A stretch of DNA of 64,000 bases from Octopus vulgaris (lineage: Eukaryota), in the NCBI GenBank assembly GCA_951406725.2, contig OX597828.1:40548001-40612000 (forward strand). The letters run 5' to 3'. Below, piece by piece: positions 27,039 to 38,595 of this stretch (its first letter is position 1; the number at the start of each line of letters is the position of its first letter). Below the pieces are notes generated by a model. That model was not told where the DNA came from, searched no databases, and saw nothing but the letters and a program-made list of their open reading frames with translations. Position numbers and translations under genes: made by a program.

Positions 27039-27139
27039 ATTAGGAAAAAAATCCACAATGAGTAACAGTGTTATAGTCGCTTATTCTCTATAAGAACATT
27101 CTTATAACAAAAGAATTATATTAGGGTAATGTAAACCCA

Positions 27140-27374
27140 AAGAGGCGGCGAGCTGGCAGAAACGTTAGCACGCCGGACGAAATGCTTAGCGGTATATCGT
27201 CTGCCGTTACGTTGTGAGTTCAAATTCCGCCGAGGTCGACATTGCCTTTCTTCCTTTCGGGGTCGATAAATTAAGTATCAGTTACGCACTGGGGTCGATA
27301 TAATCGACTTAATACCTATGTCTGTCCTTGTTTGTTCCCTCTGTGTTTAGCCCCTTGTGGGTAATAAAGAAATA
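27140..27374 (+). mobile_element. SINE family B, young copy with 15-bp TSD
   Basis: TSD ggtaatgtaaaccca at 27125-27139 and 27375-27389; A/B-box-like agctggcagaa / gagttcaaattcc; CpG retained. Confidence 0.92.
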
Positions 27375-28261
27375 GGTAATGTAAACCCATCATAATGGCC
27401 TATAACAGGGATTAGCAACTTCTTTTTGTAATGGTCTGCTTTTTAGTTTTTGTTTTCTCATTGATATTTTTCCATAGCCTACATACATATGGTATCTTGC
27501 ATGTTAAAATATCCCTGCATATTTCATATTCCCATCACTGGCAATGCTTATGTAAGCAATAATTAAACAAACCATGTCACAAAAGACTTTACCTAAAAGT
27601 CATCGACTGTTCTAAACACTAAATTTGAAAAAAATGAATTCCCAGAAAGCTCTGAGGCCCACAAAGAGTAGTGCATTTGATGCCAACTTCCAGATCTACA
27701 ATAACAAATATTGGCAACATTCTAGCTGGAATCAGAAACTGAGATAAGTCTTCTAGATTCTATTGATTTCTTACATAGACAAGGGTTTGGGTTAAGAGAA
27801 AGTGAGACAACATTCAAACCATTGAAAAAATCCCAAAGAGCAATAAACATGTATGTGGAGTAGTTTGTTAGTTACACTAAAACTGAGAAACTGGCCTAGC
27901 ATACTCCGCATTCCTCTATAGAGAACATTGTTAGATACAACTGTTAGAAATATTTTTCTTTCATTGATTAATTAAATAATTAATTACCAAAATAAAATAT
28001 TACTTAATGAGAGCTATTTAAAAAACTTAAAATTACTTTAGACAATTAAGCTGTTGCCAAACAGTTCAATTACAGACTTGATATTTTTTTCCTCAAAAAA
28101 GAAAAAAAAAGCCTGGGGCTTTAATAGAAAACACTTGCCAAAGTGCCATATAGTGGGACTGAACCCAAGCCCACGTGGTTGGGAAGCAAGCCACTTAACC
28201 ACACAACCATGCCTATACCTATAGTGTAGTCTAAAATAAACAATGTCTGAAAAGATGGGAT

Positions 28262-28670
28262 ACTCTCTTTTACTCACTTTTACTTGTTTCAGTCATTTGA
28301 CTGCAGCCATGCTGGAGCACCGCCTTTAGTCGATCAAATCGACCCCAGGACTTATTCTTTGTAAGCCTAGTACTTATTCTATCGGTCTCTCTTGCCAAAC
28401 CGCTAAGTTACGGGGGCGTAAACGCACCAGCATCGGTTGTCAAGCAATGCTAGAGGGACAAACACAGACACACAAACATATATATATATATATATATACA
28501 TATATACGACAGGCTTCTTTCAGTTTCCGTCTACCAAATCCACTCACAAGGCTTTGGTTGGCCCAAGGCTATAGTAGAAGACACTTGCCCAAGGTGCCAC
28601 ACAGTGGGAATGAACCAGGAACCATGTGGTTGGTAAGCAAGCTACTTACCACACAGCAATTCCTGCACCT
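28262..28670 (-). mobile_element. SINE family A, full length
   Basis: Reverse complement of 26625-27038. Confidence 0.9.
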
Positions 28671-29775
28671 ATGGTCATATTTGAAATTCTTTTGCTCATA
28701 GGTCTGCTCTACCAAAATTAACCTGGAGTTAAACAACAACAACAGCAGCAGCAACAGCCTATGTAATTATTCTCAGATCTAAACTTTTCCTGTTTTAATT
28801 GCCCATCAGCACCAGGTTAATTAAGTACCTTAGTTTTAACAATAGTCATCTGTAAACTTCACCCCATGAAATTTAAAATCCAATGGAGGAAACAATTGGT
28901 AAAGAATGGTTAATTTTCTTCCATTTTAGCAAGAGAACAACACAAAAGAAGGAAGTGTTGTTGAATATGAGATAAATTAGCACATAGAATTACCAATAGA
29001 ATATAAGAACATTTTTCCAGATTTCTATAGATTTAATTTTCATGAGTAGTCTTAGATAAGTACTGGTTGACTAAAATACTAATCTCATTAAAACCAACCA
29101 AAATGGTACTTTTGGTACATCTAAATCAAATGCTGTTCAATTATAGTTATTGTGTTTTCATCTAATTCCACCCAAGGAAAAGGGGGGAAAAAAACAAAAA
29201 AAAACAAGATGAAGGTATTTCCTAAGAAGAGGTTGGTCATATAAACTTGGCTGGCTTCCAGGACAATGACCAGTTTATCTACATGCTGCTGATTCAAAGA
29301 GTGAATAAATCTTTTTCACTATAAATCAATCAGTCTCATACAACAAACAAACAAATTAATAGTTATCACAAGGAGAAAGCTTTAATCTTGGCCAAAAGTT
29401 AACCACTCCACAGAAAACGAACTTAATAACTCTAAATCGTTACAACACACACTCACACACACATTTTTTTAATGTCTATTTTTCTTAGCATTGCATGGGG
29501 TCAGAAAGAATTGGTTGAGGCAGAATGTTTATGGCTGGGATGCTCTTATTGTTCCAAGTAAAGTAATATTACCCCATCGCCAGACAAAGGACACCACTTG
29601 TGTGGCTGTGATTCTTGTTTGCAACTATCATGATATATCAAAACAAGAAAACGGGAGAAAATAGTAGAAGGCACTTGCTCAAGGTACCATACAGCAAGAC
29701 TGAACCTAAAATCACATGGTTGAGAAGCAAACTTCTTAACCCCAAGGCTATACCTGCATATATATGTGTGTGTGT

Positions 29776-29832
<57 letters not shown>

Positions 29833-29835
<3 letters not shown>

Positions 29836-30021
29836 GGTCCCGGGTTGAGTCGGGGTTAACCACAGTAAATAAGGTACTCAATACATGGCAGAGTAAATTA
29901 ATTTATTTTATAGAAGGAGCTTCTACAGGACTAGAACTGTTTCATTCAAAAGAAATCATCAGGATGATTTCTTTTGAATGAAACAGTTCTAGTCCTGTAG
30001 AACTCCTTCTATAAAATAAAT
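29833..30021 (-). mobile_element. Penelope-like pLTR-type fragment in (TA)n with an inverted duplication and a hammerhead-like core
   Basis: Arms 29901-29960 and 29963-30021; minus strand reads CTGATGA-tttcttttgaat-GAAAC-agttcta-GTC...AATAAA...(TA)n. Confidence 0.55.
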
Positions 30022-30405
30022 ATATATATATATATCCTTTTTCTCTCCTCCTCTCTCTCCTCACATACCCACCTTCCCCTCCCCCCCATAAGCCCACCCA
30101 CCCCTACACATTCCTATTCCACCTTCCCTATCCTTCCCACCCTCTTCCTACTCACAAACCCCAACCCTCAGTCGAACCCACAACCCACACACCCATCCCC
30201 ACATTTTCACACCTACACATACATACATGCACACGTCCAGACCACCAGCCCTCTTTCACATGCACCTTCATGTTGGGGGTCATCTTTACTTTGTTATCTC
30301 TCCTACTTTCCCTTTCGTTTGTGACCCTTCGGTCCGAGTCAGTCGCCATGATAGATCGTTAGCCACTACACACATTTTTTTTCTCTCCTTGTTTTCTCTG
30401 TGTCC

Positions 30406-30442
30406 CTTTCTGCAGAAGAGCGTAGGCTCGAAACGTAAAAGA
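30406..30442 (+). ncRNA. Minimal type I hammerhead-like motif in a (TA)n-tailed element
   Basis: cttt-CTGCAGA-A-GAGC-gtag-GCTC-GAAAC-GTA-aaag: 4-bp stems I and II, palindromic loopless stem III, non-canonical A6C. Confidence 0.5.
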
Positions 30443-30529
30443 CTTTTTCTATTCCTGAGCGTTATACTAATACATCTGTTTGTTTTGTACACCACCTGTC
30501 TTCGTCTTTTGTTTTTTTTCGTAAACTCT

Positions 30530-30576
<47 letters not shown>

Positions 30577-31136
30577 CTTCCTTCTACCAAATCTACTCAC
30601 AAGGATCTGGTCAACCCAAGGTGATAGTAGGAGACACTGCCCAAGGTGTCACGCAATGGGACTGAACCTGAGTCCATGGGGCTGAGAAGCAAACTTCTTA
30701 CCACACAGCTACACCTGCACATATATAATATATTGTAATATGTATGTAGAGGTGGAAATAATCACACATTTCTATTATCTCTAATGCAATATGCTAGTGT
30801 GTGTGTGAGAGAGAGAGAGAAGGAAATCAGGGAGACTTAAATCTATACCACCTCCAGTACATATTGGAAATAAATTACAAATTCTTGGAATAGAATAGAA
30901 GGAGAAAGTGTTGTAAAAAAAGGTTAAATGTATTTATAATTAGCTATTTTATGGGGACAAGTAATTAGATCTACAGTTAAAGTTAAGCTCTTCATAATTT
31001 AGATATTCATTATATTAATTAAACCTGTAATTTGGTTCCGATGATAGTAATTAAAATACTAAAAGCGAACAGTGTATATACATTAGAAATAAATGGCCCT
31101 GACTAAAACGCTTCAAATGATTGTGATGACTTAACC

Positions 31137-31645
31137 ATCATCATCATCATTGTTTAACGTCCATTTTCCATGCTGGCATGGGTTGGACAGTTTGACTAAG
31201 GTATGGAAAGCCAGCAGCTGCACCAGGCTCCAATCCGATCTGGCAAGGTTTCTACAGCTGGATGCCCTTCCTAACGCCAACCACTCTAAGAGTGTAGTGG
31301 GTGCTTTTTACGTGCCACGGCACAGGAGCCAGTCAGGTGGCCCTAGCATCGATCATGTTTGGATAGTGCTTTTTACATGCCACCAGCACAGGAGCAGTCA
31401 AGGGCACTGGCATCGGCCATGCTCAGATGGTGCTTTTCACATGCCACCAGCATGTGAGGGCATTGGCATCAGCCACATTTGGATGGTGCTTTTTATGTGC
31501 CACCGGCATGGGAGCCAGTCAGGTGGCACTGGCATCAATCACATTTGGATAGTATTTTTTACGTGCCACCAGCATGGGAGCCAGTCAGGGGGCATTGGCA
31601 GCAATCACTTTCAGATAGTGCTTTTTACATGCCACTGGCAATCTT
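31137..31645 (-). mobile_element. Family R element with about 6 internal tandem units of ~55 bp
   Basis: Repeated gtgctttttacgtgccaccagcatgggagccagtcagg..ggcatc..cacatttggat. Confidence 0.85.
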
Positions 31646-31839
31646 GATAAAATTCAAGGAGAAAGATGTTAAGGTGTAAATGATATCTTCAAATAATCTA
31701 GGAGGGAAAAATGACAATGTTTACACTTGGCACTCTGTCAGTTACAATGACAAGAGTTCTAGTTGATCTGATCAACAGAACAGCCTGCTCATGAAATTAA
31801 AATGCAAGTAAGTGGCTGAGCAAACCCATGTACCCTTAA

Positions 31840-32059
31840 CCCCTTTTGTTACCATATTTCTGTTGAGATGCTCTGAGTTCCTTTCAATTAATCTTAAATA
31901 TAACAAAGAATTTAGTAAAACAACTTAGTAATCATTAAGCTAGTGTTAGGAACATAACTTGTGACCAAAGTTTGGTGGAAGATTTTAATTCAGAACTTTG
32001 AAAACAAGACATTTGTACTCAGAGCCAGGGCAGTTTCAGTTGAGTTGGTATCAAAAGGG
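31840..32059. mobile_element. piggyBac-type MITE family P2
   Basis: TTAA flanks; TIRs cccttttgttacca / tggtatcaaaaggg; partial reverse copy at about 39830-39976. Confidence 0.85.
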
Positions 32060-32373
32060 TTAACATAGGGAGATTCAGTATGGCACACCAAATGTGACAA
32101 GGCTGGCCCTTTCAGTTATAGGTACAATTCATTTATGCCACCTAGGTGGACTGCAGCAAAGTAAAATAAAGTGTCTTGCTCCAGAATAGAACATGCTGCC
32201 AGGAACTGAACTCATGACCTCACAATCATAAGCCAAATGCACTAACTACTAATCTATGCACCTTCACCAATGTTTACACTTAAAATTGCAATATTTCAAT
32301 AAAAATAGCAGCTAAATTCTCTGTTTTGAAGAGAAAGAACTCACGGTATAAAGTATGGCTAAATATACAATAG

Positions 32374-32659
32374 CAGTGGCAAACTGGCCAGGTTGCCAGC
32401 TTGCCCGATGGCAAGTGAGCCCCTGCACCATTAGAATCCATATATGGGGACCCAGGTTAGTATCTAAGGGACCCATCACCTCAAGTTTGAAAATTTCTTA
32501 TTCACTCTTGGATGAATGCATTAATTATTTCAGCCCGGCTGTGTTTGTAGACAGTTGAAAATACTTTTAACAAAGAAAAAATTAAATTATAGCATTGTAG
32601 TTGCAGGTGGGCCCCTTAGTCTCCTGGCAATCAAAATTTTAAGACCCAGTCTGCCACTG
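32374..32659. mobile_element. hAT-type MITE with 8-bp TSD
   Basis: TIRs cagtggcaaactgg / ccagtctgccactg; TSD tacaatag / tacaataa. Confidence 0.85.
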
Positions 32660-33068
32660 TACAATAAGATAGAATGATAACAACTGAAATGCCTTTGATT
32701 ATAGGTTTGCTCAATCAGTGCTAACCTAGATTTAAACAATAATATCTAAATGATTAGGTACTAAAACAATCACCCATCATTATCTTCATGCAGTGTCCAT
32801 GTTCCATACTGGTATGGGTTGGCTGGTTTGACAGGATTTATATGGGTCTAAGGACTGAATTGTATTCTAGTGCCTGCTTTAGAATGGTTTCTATAGCTGG
32901 ATGCCCTTCTTAAATGCCAACAACTTTACAGCATGTATTGGGTGCTTTTTCATGTCACTAATTACCATGCAGCTTGCAAGATAATAAATTCAAACAGATA
33001 TTGGCTTTTCATGCTAGATGAGGAGGTTAAAATATAAGAGATGGGGGGATGAGAATTCTTGGGTGTGC

Positions 33069-33124
<56 letters not shown>

Positions 33125-33219
33125 ATAATAATAATAAAGGGTAAAATTAATTAATTAATTGATAATTTTACCAAGTAGTTCCGTATGTTAAAAGAACCAT
33201 TATTGATAAAACTTAAACA

Positions 33220-33333
33220 AAAATTCTTATAATTATGAGTATAATTATAATTAGGGTTCAGCAAAGAAATGTGGTGAAGCAAATTTCTTTGCTGAACCCT
33301 AATTATAATTATACTCATAATTATAAGAATTTT
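33220..33333. repeat. Perfect inverted repeat, 51-bp arms, 12-nt loop
   Basis: 33220-33270 is the exact reverse complement of 33283-33333. Confidence 0.95.
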
Positions 33334-33649
33334 ATAAATATATATAATACAAATAAGAAAATTGAGAAACAATTTAGTTGGTTTATCAGCTTTAGGATAT
33401 TAGAATGTTGACTTATTTATTTAACAAAATGAGAACCATAATAACATACATATATACATTAAAATTTTCTTATTTGTATTATAAATTAATGGTAAAATAT
33501 TTCTTTACCTCCACCCATTTAATACGATAAGTTAATTGCATTGCAATTAAAAACACTTGTGTATTAATAATTTGGGTATTATACCAACAGTATATAGGAT
33601 AAGAATTATCCCTTAGTGGGTTGGATCCACAACCCCTAACTTACTTGGT

Positions 33650-33707
<58 letters not shown>

Positions 33708-33810
33708 TTCAGCAAAATTTAGATTCAGATGAATATAGTACTTAAGTTAAAGGCACCAGAATTTTGTATGGTATTATCCATATAAATCAAATGGGGTGAT
33801 TATAATCAAA

Positions 33811-33981
33811 ATAAGCAACAAGGATATCCAAGGTAGAGTAGTACAATTGTTTCATGCTACTTCATTTTATTAAACACTGGTTAATGCTCGACATTTTAAA
33901 ACTGATGTAATACTTAGTGTTTAATAAAATGAAGTAGCATGGAACAATTGTACTATTCTACCTTGGATATCCTTGTTGCTT

Positions 33982-33983
<2 letters not shown>
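33811..33983. repeat. Inverted repeat, 68-bp arms, 37-nt spacer
   Basis: 33811-33878 vs 33916-33983, about 2 mismatches. Confidence 0.95.
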
Positions 33984-34016
<33 letters not shown>

Positions 34017-34017
<1 letters not shown>

Positions 34018-34418
34018 TCTTTTATTCTTTTATTTGTTTCAGTCATTTGACTGCGGCCATGCTGGAGCACCGCCTTTAGTCAAGCAACTCGACCCTGGGA
34101 CTTATTCTTTTTGTAAGCCCAGTACTTATTCTATCGATCTCTTTTTGCTGAATCACTAGGTGACGGGAACATAAACACACCAGCATCGGTTGTCAAGCAA
34201 TGCTAGGGGAACAAACACAGACACACATACATATATATATATATATATACGACAGGCTTCTTTCATATGATGGGCTTCTTTCAGTTTCCATCTACCAAAT
34301 CCACTCATAAGGTTTTGGTTGGCCCAAGGCTATAGTAGAAGACACTTGCCCAAGGTGCCATGTAATGGAGCTGAACCCAGAACCATGTGGTTGGGAAGTA
34401 AGCTTCTTACCACACAGC

Positions 34419-34420
<2 letters not shown>
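34017..34420 (-). mobile_element. SINE family A
   Basis: Collinear with family A; small internal duplication of ggcttctttca. Confidence 0.88.
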
Positions 34421-34455
<35 letters not shown>

Positions 34456-34572
34456 TAAAACAGTTTGATTCAGTTCTGTGTTACTTATAATAAGCAGAAA
34501 ACAGGTGTGGTAGTCAATGCTTTATAAGATATACACATATACACACACACACTCGTGTGCACCTATGTGCAT

Positions 34573-34644
<72 letters not shown>

Positions 34645-34736
34645 GTGCATACAATGGTTAATAAGCTCTCTTTGCAAATTACTTGGCTTCTTCTGGACTG
34701 CAGTCACTTCATTAGTTCCAGACCCAAAATACTCAC

Positions 34737-34785
34737 TCCACAATCCACATGCCTCCAAATATATTTGTGTAAAAACTTGTACATA
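34737..34785 (-). other. Candidate 49-nt exon (5'UTR or coding)
   Basis: Strong acceptor ttttttatttttcAG and donor gga|GTGAGT on the minus strand. Confidence 0.3.
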
Positions 34786-34987
34786 CTGAAAAATAAAAAA
34801 ATAAAAAAATTTGTTAGAAAAGTGTGTTTTTGTATTTTTTTTTTGTAACAATGTTTAACTCTCAACTCCAAAATTGTCACATACTTGATTCTACCATTCA
34901 CCACCACCATCATCACTGCCACTACCCACAAACCAAGACTTCTAGTTCAGCAACTAATTCCAGAACCATTAGGAGCAACCCTTCTCT

Positions 34988-35042
<55 letters not shown>

Positions 35043-36122
35043 CACCCCAACCTACATCCTATCTTTTGCACTACCACCAACTCCACCACCACTCCCTAAC
35101 CTAACCAGACTAAATCAGAAGAAAGAAAAGGAAAATTTTAAAAAATAAAAAAAAAAAAAACAAAGTAATGTGCTGTTGCTCTTGACCCACAAATTACAAT
35201 TGTCTCTTCACCACCACAAACACCACCACACTCCTCACTGGAATAGCTGACTGGCTGGTTTGCAGGCTGACCTGAGAGCCCATTTCCACCGCCCACTCTT
35301 ACACCACCTTACTCCAACAAACCCAGACACTGCAAGTAATTACCTCAGCTCAAACACTATTTTGATTGTTTTTGTAAAACAACGTCAGCAATCAATTACA
35401 TATAATGTTTTGTTTTGTTTTTGTTCTGTTTTTCAAAAAAAAAGGTACCCTTACCAAAACCACCCACGCCATTGCCATAAGTATATGTAATCACCATAAT
35501 TATTGTTTCTTAGACAGCGAAAAATTAAAAAAACGTTTTTATTGTTGTTGTTTTCTAGTAGTAGTAGTAGTTGTGAGGTGCATGCATTTGTTTGAAAATT
35601 CTTCGGCATGATGTATAATGAATTCTTTTTACTTAAAGAGACAAGGCCTGAAATAGTTGATTACTTCAACTCCATTCCTTGACTTGTACTTAACTTATCG
35701 ACCCCGAAAAGATGAGAAGCTAAAATCAAGTTCAGTGTGTGTGATTGTGTGTGTGCATGCGTGTGTGGGTGCATGTGTGTATTGTTGCTATTATGTTAAA
35801 CTATCATATGTCCAAATCTGGCCAAATGCATTTTTTTACAATATTCATTTTTGCTTGCAATAGCTGGTTTTTTTGGTCTATCACATCTCCAGCTGCTTCA
35901 GACACACACACACATATATATACTCACACATTTACATATATATATATATATACACAAACACATTTACATATACATATATAAAAATAAAGATACATGAAGC
36001 ACAATTTATTCATGATCTGAAGCATTCATAAACTGATGTACTACTGTATTAAATGATTATGAGACAGACAGGAGACAAAGCATGTGATCAGTTATTCGAA
36101 AACCAAGGTACTATGGTATATA

Positions 36123-36178
<56 letters not shown>

Positions 36179-36709
36179 TACATACATACATTTATATATA
36201 TATATAATCAAAAACACATACATACACATTTATATATGTACACACATTTATATATATATATATTATAGATATAACTATATAGACTGATAGACAGAGAGAT
36301 ATGCATATACAGATGCATAGAGACTAACATTTTAGTGTGCGTGTGTGTGTGAGTGTATAATGCCAAGAGTATAACATTAGAACAGTAAGTACTTCATGAT
36401 AATATGAAAATTACCATGTCCATGTCAATAATTTGGTTGATAGTCAAGACATTTTCTAAATGGCAATACAATGACACTCCGATGACATTTCTCTTGAATT
36501 GGAATAGAAAAGAGAAAAAAAAAAGTGAGAGAGAGAGAAAAAGAATGCTGGGGGAAGGGCAACATGGTTGAGCAAAAGAGTACTAAGAATAGGGGGGGGG
36601 GCTAGGTCTAATCTTGAAAGATTGTAATTAAGGAAATACATATCAACAGCCTTTAAAAAACTGGAGTTTGTTGAAAAACAAGGAAATTCTTAAGAGGAGT
36701 TAACCTTAA

Positions 36710-37508
36710 ACCTTTAACGTTTAAACCAGCTATATTCAGTCCAAATATTCTACCTGCTTCATGTTCAAAGCAACCAAATCAGGCCTCTCGCATCTACTCT
36801 AGGAAGTCATTCTAAAAATAAACGTTGAAATCTCAAAGCTACATCAATTCAGAACAATGTGAATAAATAAGCATTTGGACAGAGTAATGTGAATACGGAA
36901 GGGTGAACCCTTTAGCATTTAAGCTCTTTTACTCTTTTACTTGTTTCAGTCATTTGACTGCGGCCATGCTGGAGCACCGCCTTTAGTTGAGCAAATCGAC
37001 CCCGGGACTTATTCTTTGTAAGCCCAGTACTTATTCTATCGGTCTCTTTTGCCGAACCGCTAAGTGACGAGGACATAAACACACCAGCATCGGTTGTCAG
37101 GCGATGTTGGGTGGGTGGGTGGGGACAAACACAGACACACAGACACACAAATATACACGCACACATATATATACATACATATATATGACGAGCTTCTTTC
37201 AGTTTCCGTCTACCAAATCCACTCACAAGGCTTTGGTCGGCCCGAGGCTATAGTAGAGGACACTTGCCCAAGGTCCCACGCAGTGGGACTGAACCCGGAA
37301 CAATGTGGTTGGTAAACAAGCTACTTACCACACAGATCTGACCCAAATATTCTACCTATTTTATGCTCAAAGTGGTCAGATCCAGCCTCTCACAAAAAGT
37401 AAACAATCACATCAAAATGCTGAAGCTGCAAGATACTGCATGGTTCAATTCGAACACAACATAAATAAATAGGAATTAATTTAATAGAGAAATCTGAAAG
37501 CTAAAGTG
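36710..37508. mobile_element. Two adjacent P1 MITEs, the second interrupted by a family A SINE (36924-37335, minus)
   Basis: ccctttagcatttaag | SINE | atctgacccaaatattctacc...aagctaaagtg-TTAA. Confidence 0.8.
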
Positions 37509-37779
37509 TTAAAGTTAAATTCCTACATTGTTTATTTTTACATTTCAACCAAGGAATCCAGTTTACGCTTAACTATGCAGGTGAAAACTGACACAAGTAG
37601 TGTGTGCCTTTCAGCTTTGTTAATGGTGGGTTGGTGGAGTTCAGAAATTCACAAGGGCCATTGTGGGTGGGGGAAGAGGTCTGGTAGTGGTGGGGCTGAG
37701 GTAGGTATTGAGTGTTTTGAAAAATATTTAATGAATGTTTGAAATATTTCGTTTGAGAAAATCCTAAGAGCCATCTAAA

Positions 37780-37819
<40 letters not shown>

Positions 37820-38429
37820 TCACACACACATACACATACACATACACAATTACATAGGTATCTTCTGCATTTTGAAAGTAGTGCATTCCTGAGAATCTTG
37901 CTGTAACATGAAAATTTTAAACAGAAATCTGATTTTCCCATTGACTGCCATGGTACCGAACATAATACATACCATAGATGCTGAGAGGAAAACGGAACAT
38001 AATTGCTTATTTTTAGAATAACATTGTAAAGGAAATGCGTGAGACCTGATCTGGTTAACTTGAAGATAAAGCAGGTAGGTGATTTTGGCCAGATATGGCA
38101 GGCTTAAATGCAAAAGAGTTAAAGAGAAAGAAATGAATGCGCTGAAATTTTGTGGCTATAGACACAGGCATGGCTGTGTTGTAAAAAGTATGCTTCCCAA
38201 CCAGATGGTTCTGGGTTCAGTCTCACTTTGTGTTACCTTGACCAAGTGTCTTCTACTATAACCCTGGGTCAACCAAAACCTCGTGAGCAGATATGGTAGA
38301 TAGAAACTAAAAGAAGCTCATCATATATATCTCAATGGAAAAGGGGCAAGGGGTCAAAGGTCCTTTCTCATAAAGCTGTGTATATTCTCCCCCTGCACAG
38401 GACACCAAGCCATTGCAGAATTAATTATT

Positions 38430-38563
38430 TTGCCTGCTGAGTGAACATGAGCAACATGAAATAAAGCATTTTGCTCAAGAACACATCACCTGGCCCAGGA
38501 ATTGAAATCGCAATCTTACAATCATGAATACAACACCCTAACCACTAAACCATGTGCCTCTAC
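38430..38563 (-). mobile_element. SINE family D head (tRNA-derived)
   Basis: ggcacatggtttagtggttagggtg...gatttcaattcctgg...gttcttgagcaa; related copies at about 32130-32265 and 62730-62815. Confidence 0.65.

Positions 38564-38595
<32 letters not shown>

Noticed and set aside
27593-27695. Minus-strand segment with AG and GT splice-like ends
   Set aside because: All three frames hit stops; at most a non-coding exon.
31150-31647. 165-aa ORF, and a CRISPR-like look of the repeated units
   Set aside because: Tandem units of a SINE-like element with no unique spacers and no cas genes; eukaryotic context.
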